DNA of 63,224 nucleotides, the filler included, from Octopus bimaculoides (lineage: Eukaryota), in the NCBI RefSeq assembly GCF_001194135.2. It is 6 parts of 6 records of this genome, joined end to end, with 100 filler letters (N's around TTAATTAATTAA, not from the genome) between each part and the next. Parts side by side here need not be neighbours in the genome. Positions count along the whole stretch, not along the records: positions 44,414 to 56,083 come from NC_068988.1; positions 56,184 to 60,076 come from NW_026370998.1; 4 more parts are not named here. One strand, given 5' to 3'. Shown here piece after piece: positions 44,509 through 58,423 of the stretch (within the stretch, counting starts at the first letter, position 1; the number at the start of each line of letters is the position of its first letter). The notes under the pieces were generated by a model that did not search any database, was not told the origin of the DNA, and saw only the letters and a list, made by a program, of their open reading frames with translations. The position numbers and the translations under genes are program-made.

Positions 44509-44974
44509 TATGTAAACATTATTACACGTATACATACCTACACTAAACTACACATATGTATGTATGTATGTATGCACGTATGTATGTATGTATGTATGTA
44601 TTTATGTATGTACGTATGTATGTATAGGTATTAGCAGAAACATGGAGAGGCAATTCTTAGTTGTAATGAAATTTTTTAAAAGTTGTGACTTCGGCTTTTG
44701 CTGTCACAAGAGTATATAATCTGATTAAATCCGAGATTATCTTATTTATTTCCAACTCATTACGGATCTGGTTGAGGCTCTACCAATGTGATAACTTTCC
44801 AGGATATTGTAAATATATTTGCCTTGAGTAGATTTTTTTCTCTTCGTTTTTGAATTTTCTCTTTTGATGCAGGTCTTAACATCTTGGGTCCTTGAGGCTA
44901 ATAAAAGAAATAATGATAATTATTGTTGTAGTTGTTCTTGTTATTGTTGTTATTGTGGTTGTTTCTGTTATTAT

Positions 44975-44985
44975 TGCTGACGTCG

Positions 44986-45072
<87 letters not shown>

Positions 45073-45085
45073 TTATTATTATTAC
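44975..45085. repeat. (CAT)n(TAT)n microsatellite
   Basis: Direct reading. Confidence 0.95.
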
Positions 45086-46804
45086 AATTCAGTGGTCTGC
45101 ATGTATATTTCGAAGCCTCGTTGGGGACCATAGAGTGGAATCTTGCTTTGAGGTGTATATTTGATTTATTTTGTAGAAATTTTTGAATATTAAATAACAT
45201 GCATAGATTAGATTCTTGAATTTTTCGTCTTCCGTAACGTAACAATAAAAGAAAAAACACAGTCCGATACATACATACATGCACACATACATACATGCAC
45301 ACATACATACATACNNNNNNNNNNTATATATATATATATATATATACATACACACATACATGTATATATAGGTAAATATATATGCATATGTACATGCATA
45401 TTCATATAAAACAGACACACCTACATAACAAACACAATCACACACATACACACACATTCATATACATATACAGTTAAGAAAATGAGATGACAAAGGCATA
45501 AGCGGTTCTCTTGTGAACTTCATTACCTCACAACTGTTTCTGCTATGAGATGAAGTGTACTCATATTTGAGTGCTTGAGTATCACTTTATAGCTTCATCG
45601 AAGCATTGAAAATGAGGGTCAGCTTTTTAGGAAAATAATTACAAATGAACCTAATGCCAGCCTTAATACACACCAATGCACTCATGCACATCTATACATA
45701 TACATATACATATATACACACAAATACACACGCACCCATATGTATATAGGGTCGTATCCCCGACTCTTATTCTCAAGCGAATTCGCTGCCAAAAGATGTA
45801 CCTTTTGTATTAGGGGCATAATTCACTTGGCGGGCTTCAATACAGTTTCCGTTTCCCTACAACAATTTAAGGGTCGAGTTATAGATTTAGAGAACGAGGT
45901 TCGTCCTTTGTCCAAGACGCCATACACTAACAAACTCCTTAAATTTACGTCTACATGCGCGCACACACACATACACACGCACACACGCAAGCACACACAT
46001 GCGCAAATTGTTTTCATAGGTAACATTATTTGAAAACTACGAATAATAAGTAAGGCTTGTAACATTGTGTTTGAGCGGAAAGCAGCGAACTGGCAGAACC
46101 CTATCCGCTCTTGGCAAAATGCTTACCGAGATTTTGCCAGGCTCTGCGTTGTGAGTTCAAATTTCACGGGTGTCATCTTTACCGTTCTTCTTCCCGGGAT
46201 CTATAAATTAAGCACCAGCTGAACATTGGGTCAATCTAATAGACCCAACCCCTTTTCCGAAATCATTTCCATTGTGTCAAGATTTAAAACCGATATTTTA
46301 TATAACGGTAGTCCTTAAACTATTTTCCATCTTCCGTTTTCTCTTTACTTCAAATTTATATTCTTATGCAATGTAGCCATCTTTCATAACGCTAAAAATG
46401 GAGAAGAATGAATTTACTTTAAAAAAACGGGGAAAATAAATTTCAAAGAGAGAAATATCATGTTTAAATGTAGGAAATGGATTAAGATAAATAGATTTTT
46501 ACTAAATCAGGAAAAAAAAAAAAAAAAAAAATGAAAATCAAATAAGGATTGCAAAATGTTTATTTTCAAAAATAATATATAACCATAAAATTAAAATCGG
46601 TATATATTTCTATAAATCATATATTATCACAAAGAAATATAAAAAAAATATACGTGGAAAAAATAATCCATTTTTGCAAAATTTCTTTGTTCATAGAAAA
46701 AGCAACAAATAAAAATTAGCTTACTGAAGACTGCAGCAATGTTTTTAAACAAAATATATCGAGACAACATACTTCTCTCTTTACATTATTACTATGGCGA
46801 TCTA

Positions 46805-47015
46805 AGTCGGTGAGCTGGAAGAACCGTTAGCACGCCGGGTGAAATGCCTAGCGGTATTTCGTCTGATTTTACGTTCTGAGTTCAAATTCCGCCGAGGTCG
46901 ACTTTGCCTTTCATCCTTTCAGGGTCGATAAATTAAGTACCAGTTCCGTACTGGGGTCAATCCAATCGATTGGCCCCTTCCCCAAAACTTTCGGGCCTTG
47001 TGCCTAGAGTAAAAA
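46805..47015 (+). mobile_element. tRNA-derived SINE, CpG-intact copy
   Basis: gtcggtgagctgg...ttcaaattccgccgaggtcgactttgcctttcatcc... Confidence 0.9.
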
Positions 47016-47669
47016 CAAATGTTTTTGTCTTCAATCCTGCTAATGATAAAATTGTATGAAAAAATCCAAGATCAAAGTTTCACTTTCAATCCTATGGCGT
47101 GGTACATTGAGCAAGTGTCTTCTACAATAGCCGCGGGCTGATTAAAGTGGCAAAAATACTAAATACTATATTCTAACCTAAGAATGAGAGGTGGTTGTGC
47201 CATTGAATTCATTTAGGCTAATTATCGTATGGCAGTGTTATTCAATTTTGAATTTGAAATTTCATCAGGAGAAGAACTAAATTAGCATCAATCTATCCTC
47301 GAAATTAACGTCTTGTGGACATATTCAATGCGCGACTATGTTTCAGTTTATTTCGATCGTATCCGCAGCAGTTTTCATTTCAATTATAAATGTGAAAAAT
47401 AAACTATTGAACTAAAATATACGACGTTGAACTAAATCTTTTAATACGTCCTTATGCATTGCGGCTGTATTTCAATTTTTTTTTCATCCATATGGTGTTG
47501 AGAATTTTCATCTTTACAATCAATTTTGAAAGACTTCTCAAAAGAGTCTGATAATATGACACGCTGCCACTTTTCGTCGCTCACTGATCACTTGTCTCGG
47601 TTTGGCTCTATTAGTAGTCTGTGCTTTTTGTACGATACAATTCGTATTAACAGACTAAATTACTCATAA

Positions 47670-47860
47670 AATGGAGAAGTTTATTAACAAGAAACATAAC
47701 CGTGACGATTATGAATCTGAAAGTAAATTTTCGTCGAAAGCAACGAAGCGTAGCGAAAGCACGACCCAATCGTAAATATTGCAATAGCTATTTAAAGTTT
47801 GGGTTCCATTCGACTGGCAACGAGGATCAACGTCTTTTGTGTGTTGTTTGTGGTGAAAGT
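47670..47860 (+). mobile_element. hAT (Buster/Charlie-type) transposase 5' fragment, truncated by a SINE head
   Basis: MEKFINKK... then frameshifted RKYCNSYLKFGFHSTGNEDQRLLCVVCGE, matching the BED-finger start of Buster/SCAND3-like transposases. Confidence 0.7.
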
Positions 47861-47982
47861 GGAGGCGCAATGGCCCAGTGGTTAGGGCAGCGGACTCGCG
47901 GTCATATGATCTTAAGGTGGTGTTGCAGCGTGGCCGCAGTCCAATGACTGAAGCATATAAGAGATGAAAAATNNNNNNNNNN

Positions 47983-48030
<48 letters not shown>

Positions 48031-48647
48031 CGCTACTACTACTACTACTACTAATAATAATAACAATAATGATGATGATAATAATAGTATTATTGTTGTA
48101 ATGATGCCGTATATACTAAGTGACAGCAATATATCAAACTGCATTGATTCCGCTGGGATCATTAAAATGGTTGCATAACTAACAAAGGTAATTACTCGAA
48201 GCACAGTTTGCATCTCTGTGACTTTGGAAATATTAATCAATAGAACTCCATTATTATATATCCCGCCCGATTTATGTCTCTGAGGTCCTCAACAACTGGA
48301 TACTGAATTCTTTACTTTAAAATATAAATCAAGAGAAAATCGAAAGAGAAAACTCTAAGGGCTACCGGAGGAATTTTATTGGAATTTCTTCATTTGAACC
48401 GAATATAATTTAATGCTTCAGGCTCTGTTTTGGACGTCATGATTCTTGCAGTGTTATATATTCCACTAGTAAAATTCGGTTAACTCGCTTTTACTTCAGT
48501 TCAATTGGTTTTTGGTATTCTGTTTTCGCCCAGTGTACTTGTAAATTTGTGAGTATGTGTGCGTGTGTGTATACACACACGCATATATATATATATATAT
48601 CTATATATATATATANNNNNNNNNNTATGTATGTATCTCTCTCTCTA

Positions 48648-48696
<49 letters not shown>

Positions 48697-50190
48697 TAGA
48701 TTTAATCAAAAGATTAAATGTGATACTTAAAATGTTTGTGGCACCAGAATTCGGTAGGGTAAAAACCAAAAACAAAATCAAGAGATTTGGTGAATAAAAT
48801 TTGAAGAAAAGCAACAAAAATGTATTAGGTTATAGCAGTACGTACGTTTCGTACAAACTTCATTTATATATGTAGTGAGAACACCACATAAGATGTGCAA
48901 TGAGAATGTACTCCTCAGCTGCATAATGGAAGTTCACTTCAGAAACTCATTTTGTAAATGTGTGCAAATACAAGAGTAGGAAAACAGAACCATGCGGTTG
49001 ATAAGCAAGCTACTTACCACACAGCCACTCCTCTTATATAATACGATATTTTAAATATGGAATGGTTTGGAGGGTCCATCCGAGTATGATAGGAATCAAG
49101 GAGGACAATTGGTAAAAACTGGTTGAGAAACACCGTCATAATCGATAACTCAAAATACAAATTCGTAGACAAATAAGGGGCTGCATTATCTTGCACTCCA
49201 CTTCCTGTATGCAGTTTTTCATATGTTTTAAATTCTATTGTAAGCAATGTAAATAAAAAGATTCAGGCTTAATCACACTTGTTTGTATACAATTAAACGC
49301 ATTTATTCTCCTGTAACTTTTTACTAACCGATTTTTTTCAAACACCATTGACGAAACTGACGTTGGAAATTTTACTTCAAAGCGGAAATGTAAAAATTGT
49401 TGAATATGATGCAGTGAATATTTTGAATATCAACTAAAAAAAAAAAAAAAAAAANNNNNNNNNNNNNNNNNNNNNNNNNNNNNNNNNNNNNNNNNNNNNN
49501 NNNNNNNNNNNNNNNNNNNNNNNNNNNNNNNNNNNNNNNNNNNNNNNNNNNNNNNNNNNNNNNNNNNNNNNNNNNNNNNNNNNNNNNNNNNNNNNNNNNN
49601 NNNNNNNNNNNNNNNNNNNNNNNNNNNNNNNNNNNNNNNNNNNNNNNNNNNNNNNNNNNNNNNNNNNNNNNNNNNNNNNNNNNNNNNNNNNNNNNNNNNN
49701 NNNNNNNNNNNNNNNNNNNNNNNNNNNNNNNNNNNNNNNNNNNNNNNNNNNNNNNNNNNNNNNNNNNNNNNNNNNNNNNNNNNNNNNNNNNNNNNNNNNN
49801 NNNNNNNNNNNNNNNNNNNNNNNNNNNNNNNNNNNNNNNNNNNNNNNNNNNNNNNNNNNNNNNNNNNNNNNNNNNNNNNNNNNNNNNNNNNNNNNNNNNN
49901 NNNNNNNNNNNNNNNNNNNNNNNNNNNNNNNNNNNNNNNNNNNNNNNNNNNNNNNNNNNNNNNNNNNNNNNNNNNNNNNNNNNNNNNNNNNNNNNNNNNN
50001 NNNNNNNNNNNNNNNNNNNNNNNNNNNNNNNNNNNNNNNNNNNNNNNNNNNNNNNNNNNNNNNNNNNNNNNNNNNNNNNNNNNNNNNNNNNNNNNNNNNN
50101 NNNNNNNNNNNNNNNNNNNNNNNNNNNNNNNNNNNNNNNNNNNNNNNNNNNNNNNNNNNNNNNTGTGTGTATGTGTGTGTGTGTGTGTGC

Positions 50191-50227
<37 letters not shown>

Positions 50228-52099
50228 CGCGTGCGTTATTTTTAATCGGCAGAATTTGCAAAATAACTGGAAGCTTTTCAGTCACTTTATAACATCTGCC
50301 GATTAAAATGCAAAAATATATGTATATTAGTGCTTTGAACTCAATTTATCCTTCTCGTATTACCAAATAAGTTTCTAACCAGGTGTCAAGACCATTTTGA
50401 TCTAATCTTGTTCACAGTACAGAACCTCACTTCTCTAAATAAACATTGATTTCTCATTTTTATGCATTTGTTTTATTGTTTAGATTTATTTTATTTGTTT
50501 TATTACACGCATTTATTTTATTTGTTTTATTTCACGCATTTATTTCTGACGGGCACAATTTCAAATCTGGGTTAGGCAAACTCTCGATTTCAATATCTGC
50601 ATCTCACTCAAAGTTATCTACAATATGAATTTGATCCAACTGGATATAGAACTAAAGATGCTTACATTGTAATCGAGTTGAATTCATTTCTGAACGAATA
50701 GAAATGTCACTGAATCATTCCAACGAGGCGTATTTATAATTTTTTACTCATTGTTACTGGCCGCTCTAAGAAGATGGCGATTTGTTGTACAAACATAAAT
50801 TGCTAAATCTGTTTCGATCTGATATATTCAATCGAATCCGTTTCATTACTTGATTGATACATTTTGTTTTCTATTATCCCCGAGAAGATGAAAAGCAAAG
50901 TTGAATCCGTTGGGATTTCAACAGAAAATTGTAAAAGAATAAAAATAAATACTAAACGTTCGTTTTTGTCACCGACATTTGCTCTTCATCGCCTTTAGAA
51001 ACAAGTTAATATTAGTAGATTGATTGATTGAAAATATATTGAAATCATGTCATTATTCAAATGCTTCCATTCTTGATACAAGAGTATAAATATACAACAT
51101 GCTTGAAGGTATCTCCAAATGTCTCCAAATCACTTGAATCCGTTGGCTGCCATTAACAATGAAAAGAAACAATTGCATTATTGGCATATAAAACTTTCTG
51201 CAACAAACAGAAACACTTTATAATTATTTTTCAAACAGTTATCTTACAGAGAAATATTCCAAGCTGAAAATATATCTTACTAAGAAGACAGGAAAGTTTC
51301 AAGTAAGCGATCTCATTAGAATAACAGATCAAATTAATTTAACGAACAAATATTTGCACATTTATTCTTAATACGCCTAGGCAGGTTTAGACGCAAAATA
51401 TGTGCTTCGCTGTAGTTAACGTCGAAAGAGGAAAAATTCTCTGATGGATGACGAAAATTTGTTTATCAAAAAATACAGAACACTCCTAAATATGAACGCA
51501 TAACCAACTTTGATCTTGAATATATTTTAATTCATGCTCACATACACATCACTGTAAATATTTCATCTCATTACTCCCCCAAAATGAGCAATTTACTCCC
51601 TTCTACCGAATAATAACGATCACCAATTACCTCCCCTTACATTTTCCTACCTGTTGATTCATTTCATTCACAAACTCCCATACACAACATGAACTAGAAT
51701 CTTCTTAAGAAAATACAAAATTACAATAATTTCAATCTCATGGTTAGCGTAAGCGAAACCGGTCAACAAACACAATACTCTTTCACTTATAACATATATT
51801 AAAAATATATATTAACTATGCAAACCAGGGCTGTGTGGTAAGTAGCTTGCTTCCCAACCACATGGTTCTGGGTTCAGTCCCACTTCGTGGCAGTTAAACA
51901 CATTTGAAATCTGATGATTACACTATGCATGAAAGCGCTAATTTAACTTTATGAGCATTACAAAATATGTTTTTAATGTCAAAATACCATGATAAAAAAA
52001 ACATGAAAACCAGACCATGTTGTAACTTTATTCAAGTGATATATTATTCTAAGCACATAATTCTATGCAATTAATCTATTCACACAAATTCAAAACAAA

Positions 52100-52148
<49 letters not shown>

Positions 52149-52189
52149 ATGTATGTATGTATGTATGTATATATATATATATATATAGT

Positions 52190-52630
52190 TGTGTGGTAAG
52201 TTACTTTCTTACCAATGACATTATTCCGGATACAGTCCCACTGTGTGACACCTTGGGCAAGTGTCTTCTGCTATAGCCTCGGGCCAACCAAAGCCTTGTG
52301 AATAAATTTGGTAGACGGAAACTGGAAGCAGACCGTCGTATATGTATATATGTGTGTTTGTTTGTGTGTGTGTGTGTGTGTGTGAATGTGTGTGTATGTG
52401 TGTGTGTATGTGCATGTATATATATTCATGCGTGCGTGTCTTTGTGTCTGTGTTTGTCCCTCTACCACTATCACTTGACAACCGATGCTAGTGTGTTTAT
52501 GTCCCCGAAACTTAGCGGTTCGGTAAAAAGAGTCCGATAGAATAAGTACTAGGCTTACTAACAATAAGTACCGGAGTCGATTGCTTCGACTAAAGTTGGT
52601 GCTCCAGCATAGCTGCAGTCAAATGACTGA
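52190..52630 (-). mobile_element. Third SINE family (internal CA/TA microsatellite), CpG-rich copy
   Basis: Family also at 5250-6010, 15060-15230, 30200-30590, 38470-38740, 40620-40980 and 57975-58420. Confidence 0.85.
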
Positions 52631-52712
52631 ACCCAACCCGTCAACCTGTCCTGGAATCGAAACCACAATCTTACGATCGTGAATCCAATATCCTAACCTC
52701 TAAGCTACGCGC

Positions 52713-52893
<181 letters not shown>

Positions 52894-53439
52894 ACACACA
52901 CATACCGCATATACTGATGAGACGATTGTTTAATGTTTTGTCTTTCATCTAGTTGTTGTTTGAAATGTACACAAAAACAAAATGCGAAAGCCACAAGGAA
53001 CGAAATTATTTTTCTTACATTCATAAAAGATGTCAAAATCGTTGAAATACGAAATGAGATAATGTGACAAGTCTTGTCTCCCTGAAAGACATTAAATTAT
53101 CACTGTTAGTGAATTACTCAAGCAGGAGACCCTACGACATTTTTCACCTTAGAAAACAAATCTTCGAAATTCGTTCGTGTCACGATATTGAGTGACATTT
53201 GAGGAATAATGGAAGAGAATATATTTCTTTAGGTTTTGGTAAAAAGTTGATTGTTTAGCCGTTCCGTGATAACTATTTTAATAACTTCACTGAGTTGAAT
53301 CTCTCGGATTCTAAATTCATTTCATAATCTTCACCAGTCATATTTTTATATCACCAAGCTAAATAAGAACACAACAAAGATAAAAAACAATTAAAAAGAA
53401 TTGGTTTAATATTTAAAGCAACATTATTCTATCCGTATA

Positions 53440-53470
<31 letters not shown>

Positions 53471-54261
53471 TTTGAAAAGATTTGTAAAAGTACCACACGA
53501 GTAAGTAGATATTAAAGATAAATAAAAATGAAAATGCCACTTTAAAAAAAAATTTTGTGGGGTGTTTTAATTAATTTACATATTTTAAGACTTAGNNNNN
53601 NNNNNNNNNNNNNNNNNNNNNNNNNNNNNNNNNNNNNNNNNNNNNNNNNNNNNNNNNNNNNNNNNNNNNNNNNNNNNNNNNNNNNNNNNNNNNNNNNNNN
53701 NNNNNNNNNNNNNNNNNNNNNNNNNNNNNNNNNNNNNNNNNNNNNNNNNNNNNNNNNNNNNNNNNNNNNNNNNNNNNNNNNNNNNNNNNNNNNNNNNNNN
53801 NNNNNNNNNNNNNNNNNNNNNNNNNNNNNNNNNNNNNNNNNNNNNNNNNNNNNATATATATATATATATATATATATATAGGATCCGTACAGAATGTCTA
53901 CCAAGCAATCATTTACGATAACTTCAGCTTTACCGTGCAGAAGAATTTCAATTTTGTTAGACAGGTATATAGATAATGGAATCTACTCTAGTATTTACTA
54001 GAAATTAATGTCCCTACTTCACAGAAATTGTATCCAAGTTTGACCCATAGCTACAGCTGAAACTATTGTTTTATATAGAGTTGTAGCTTAATAGAAAAAA
54101 TTTATAAGTAAAACAATTGCATTATCCACTTTAGCGGCAAATTCAGTCATTGTTTTCACATGAGAATATCGTGGAAAGAATATTATTTCATGGAAACCAT
54201 TTTCAAGAAATGCAATTACAGATACGTTATCCTTTGACTTCACATGCTCATTTTTCAGCAG

Positions 54262-55570
54262 ATTAGTAGTAACACTTTCAAATTTTGGCACAGGGCCAGC
54301 AATTTCGGGAGAGAGAATAAGTCAATTACATTGTTCCCAGAATTCAACTGTTTCTTATTTTATCGATCCCGTCGTTCAACTGGTACTTATTTTATCGACT
54401 CCGAAAGGATGAAATGCCAAGTCGACTTCGGCAGAATTTGAGCGCAGTACATAAGAACGAACGAAATGGCAGCTCACCTCATTAGCAAGTTAGTAATAAC
54501 GCTGTCAAATTTTGGCAAAAGGCCAGTAATTTCGGGGGTTGGAAGAAGTAGATGACATCGACCCCTGTATTCAATTGATACCTCCTTTATGGACCCTGAA
54601 AGGATGAAAGGTGAAGTCGAATTCGGTGAAATTTGAAGTCAGAACATAAGAACAGACGAAATGCCGCTAAACATTTTCCCGACGTGTTGACAATTTTACC
54701 AGTTCGCCTCCTGAGCAAGTAAGTAATATCGGCGTATGGTCAGCGATTTTTTGGGGGGGAAGGATAAATCAATTACGTCGACCCCCGGTGTTCAAATGTT
54801 ACTTATTTCATCGACCCCAAAAGGATAAAAGGTAAAGTCGAACTCGGCGGAATTTGAACTAAGGACGTTAAGACAGGCGAAAGTACTTCTAAGCACTTTA
54901 CCCGGCGTGCTAACGATTCTGCCAACTCGGTTCCTTAGTAAGTTAGTAATATACTTTCTGCTACAGGAACAAAGAGTAAAATTTGTGGGGAGGAGTCTAA
55001 TCGATTACATCGACCTTAGTGTTTCACTCGCACTTAATTTATCGACCCTGAAAGGATGAAAAGCAAAGTCGACCTCAGCGGAATTTGAACTCAGAATGTA
55101 AAAGAACCAGAAGAAATGCTACTAAGCATTTTGTCCGGTTTGCTAACGTTTCTGCCAGTCTAACCATTCTTTTAATTTTTTTCTGCTAAAGGCACAAGGC
55201 TTGTAATTTGATAGGAGGGAACAAGTCGATTACATCGGCCCCAGTGTTTCCCTTGTATTTAATTTATCGACCCTGAAAGGCGNNNNNNNNNNNNNNNNNN
55301 NNNNNNNNNNNNNNNNNNNNNNNNNNNNNNNNNNNNNNNNNNNNNNNNNNNNNNNNNNNNNNNNNNNNNNNNNNNNNNNNNGTACCAGTTGCATACTCGT
55401 GTCGATCTAATCGACTGACCCCTCTCCCCCAAAATTTCGGTACTTGTGCCTAGAGTTGAAAAAAAAAAATTATCGACCTTGAAAGAAAAGGTCGACCTCG
55501 GCGGAATTTGAAATCAGAACGCAACGACGGGTGAAATACCCACAAAAATTTCTTCCATCGTGCTAACGAT
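54262..55570 (-). mobile_element. Tandem array of about 6 tRNA-derived SINE units (about 225-bp period)
   Basis: Repeated SINE body joined by a shared linker agcaagttagtaata-like. Confidence 0.85.
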
Positions 55571-56203
55571 TCGGACAGCTCAAACCACTTCTGCAATCTA
55601 GTAATATCAAAAACGTTATATTCTAAATTGCAATGTATTTCGCGTTTACACCAAGTCAAAATGTAATTTCCATGGCCCACTAGCTCAATTCTCAATCAAA
55701 TTATATCAAATGAATTTTCGATCTGATGGGATTTCACATATAAATTGATATTGCAATACCAAGTCACCTCTCTGTTCCAGCCAGGTTACTTTAGCTATCA
55801 ATCATCTAAAGAACATGAAGTTTGATGAAGTAAACTTTATTTTTGTATAAATGTTACATTCTGTATGAGCTCTAGTTAGCAGATAAATAACAGCATTCCT
55901 TGGGCAAAAAAGAAATAAAACAACGGCTTCTACTCAGTAAAAACACGTGACGCATAAAGTGAAGCAAATACAGTTTACTGGCAATAATCATCGAAAAGTG
56001 ATGGAAAGTTCGTTCTTCACATATACGCTATAAGGAAATGATTAAAAAGATAACGAGAAATTTACTTTCCTCCTCCTCCTCCTNNNNNNNNNNNNNNNNN
56101 NNNNNNNNNNNNNNNNNNNNNNNNNNNTTAATTAATTAANNNNNNNNNNNNNNNNNNNNNNNNNNNNNNNNNNNNNNNNNNNNTGATAACGAGATTTATT
56201 ACG

Positions 56204-56294
56204 ACCAGGAAGATGATGATGATGATGATGATGATGACGATGATGATGATGATGGTGATTATGATGATGATGGTGATGATGATGATGATGTTAG

Positions 56295-56346
<52 letters not shown>

Positions 56347-56350
56347 AACC
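56204..56350. repeat. (GAT)n microsatellite
   Basis: Direct reading. Confidence 0.95.
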
Positions 56351-56641
56351 ACGATGGTGCGGAGGATGAGGAGAAGAACGACGACGATGTTGCGAATAAT
56401 GTTGAGGACAATAATATCGATGCTGCTATCGTTAATGAAGCTCAATAATGATTTTGAAATTGTTAATTATTAAATTTGAAGAAATACGAGACAACGTGTT
56501 GTCCTTTACTTCACCGGTTTACCTTACCTGCTAGAAAACAAAAATAGGAAATACAGTTCTATGTTTAAGAGATGAGGAATTATGTACATTATTTACATTA
56601 TTTACAATTGATGGATATTTGCCCTCATCTTGTTTGTTGTT

Positions 56642-56687
56642 GACACAACGTTTCGGCTGATATACCCTCCAACCTTCATCAGGCGTC
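56642..56687 (-). ncRNA. Minimal type I hammerhead ribozyme motif (family 1), fully intact core
   Basis: GACGC-CTGATGA-A-GGTTG(loop)CAGCC-GAA-ACGT-T-GTGTC; predicted cleavage between 56647 and 56646. Confidence 0.8.
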
Positions 56688-56746
56688 TTGGGGAAATTTC
56701 GAACCTGGGTTCTCATTCCTAACGTATTTTTCGATGTTGTTGTTGC

Positions 56747-56862
<116 letters not shown>

Positions 56863-57054
56863 NNNNNNNNNNNNNNNNNNNNNNNNNNNNNNNNNNNNNN
56901 NNNNNNNNNNNNNNNNNNNNNNNNNNNNNNNNNNNNNNNNNNNNNNNNNNNNNNNNNNNNNNNNNNNNNNNNNNNNNNNNNNNNNNNNNNNNNNNNNNNN
57001 NNNNNNNNNNNNNNNNNNNNNNNNNNNNNNNNNNNNNNNNNNNNNNNNNNNNNN

Positions 57055-57113
<59 letters not shown>

Positions 57114-57168
57114 CGACAACATAGAAAAATACCTTAGGAATGGGAACCCAGGTTCGAAATTTCCCCAA

Positions 57169-57214
57169 GACACCAGAAGAAGGCTGGAGGGTATATCAGC
57201 CGAAACGTTGTGTT
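57169..57214 (+). ncRNA. Hammerhead motif (family 1), U4A-mutated copy
   Basis: GACAC-CAGAAGA-A-GGCTG..CAGCC-GAAACGTT-GTGTT. Confidence 0.6.
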
Positions 57215-57729
57215 AACAACAAACAAGATGAGGACAAACATCCGTCAAATGTAAATAATGTACATAATTCTTCATCGCTTAAATATAGAACTGGAACATT
57301 CAGTAACGTAGTCTATCGTCTGCCCTTAATGTGGTGCTGGATTTTCCGTCTACCTCGACGATGAGCATTTATCTCTTTGGTTTAGTGTATCCCTACTTCC
57401 GAAAATTACGTGTAAGTAGTTTGATATTATACCGACACATGTAACCTAAACGTAATTCCAGGGGTGAATCGGAAGGATACAATGTGACAAAGCAGGACCA
57501 TTGAATTACAGATACAGTATCCGAGAGGACGAGACAAGGAAAGTGATGGAGAGAAAAAAGAAAGAGAAAAGGAATGTTTTCTACGTATGGGTGTGAACGA
57601 GAGTAAATAATCGACCCCATTACTAGACTGGTATTTTTATATTGACTTCAGGAGATTTGAACCCACGGCACAGAGAGGCGGTACAAATAACATAAGGTAT
57701 TCTTTCCGGCGCACTAATGATTTGTCATA

Positions 57730-57950
57730 AATCCCCGCCTTGATTGTTAAATCACTTCGGATCACTTGGATCGACCAGACTATCTGATGCCGGGTTGGCC
57801 ACAGCATTCAGTTCATGCCACCCTCGTACTCTCGCCATTCTCCTCCACGTTGCTCCAAACATTTTTCTCAGATCATCTTCCCACCTGACTGGAGGTCGAG
57901 TGGTCTCTTCCGCTCGCTCGAGTACCACTCGACAACTGCACGGCTCCACC
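57730..57950 (-). mobile_element. RTE LINE 3' fragment
   Basis: RPPVRWEDDLRKMFGATWRRMARVR matches the RTE C-terminal GRP..RW.DD...W.R.A.DR pattern. Confidence 0.7.
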
Positions 57951-58423
57951 GATGCATTATACTTTCTTTTTCTGTTTTTTTTTTTGTATTTGTTTCAATC
58001 ATTTGACTGCAGCTATGCTGGAGTACCGCCTTTAGTCGAACGAATCGACCCTGGGACTTATCCTTTATAAGCTTAGTACTTATTCTATCGCTAAGTTACG
58101 GGGACGTACACACGCCACCATCGGTTGTCAAGCGATGGTGGGGGAGGACAAACAGTGACACACAAGCACACACTCACAAACAAACACACACACACACATA
58201 CATACACATACATACATATATACATACATACATATATACATATATATATTATACGATGGGCTTCTTTCAGTTTCCGTCTGCCAAATCCACTCACAAGGCT
58301 TTGGTCGGTCCGAGGCTATAGTAGAAGACACTTGCCCAAGGTGCACGCAGTGGGACTGAACGCAGAACCATGTGGCTGGTAAGCAAGCTGGTAAGCAAGC
58401 TGGTAAGCAAGCTACCTATCACA

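Noticed and set aside
46724-46769. Possible first exon MLSRYILFKNIAAVF followed by gtaagc (minus strand)
   Set aside because: No promoter or downstream partner exon evidence, and no similarity to P5B N-termini that I can recognise.
49434-50285. Long ORFs containing X runs (also 3105-4307, 19130-20017 and others)
   Set aside because: Open only because N-gaps contain no stop codons.
51248-51263. 16-nt microexon candidate (ttttcag...gtaaga) on the minus strand
   Set aside because: Short pyrimidine tract, frame-shifting length and no recognisable peptide; likely chance.
58375-58410. 12-bp unit gctggtaagcaa repeated three times
   Set aside because: Simple slippage duplication within a SINE end.
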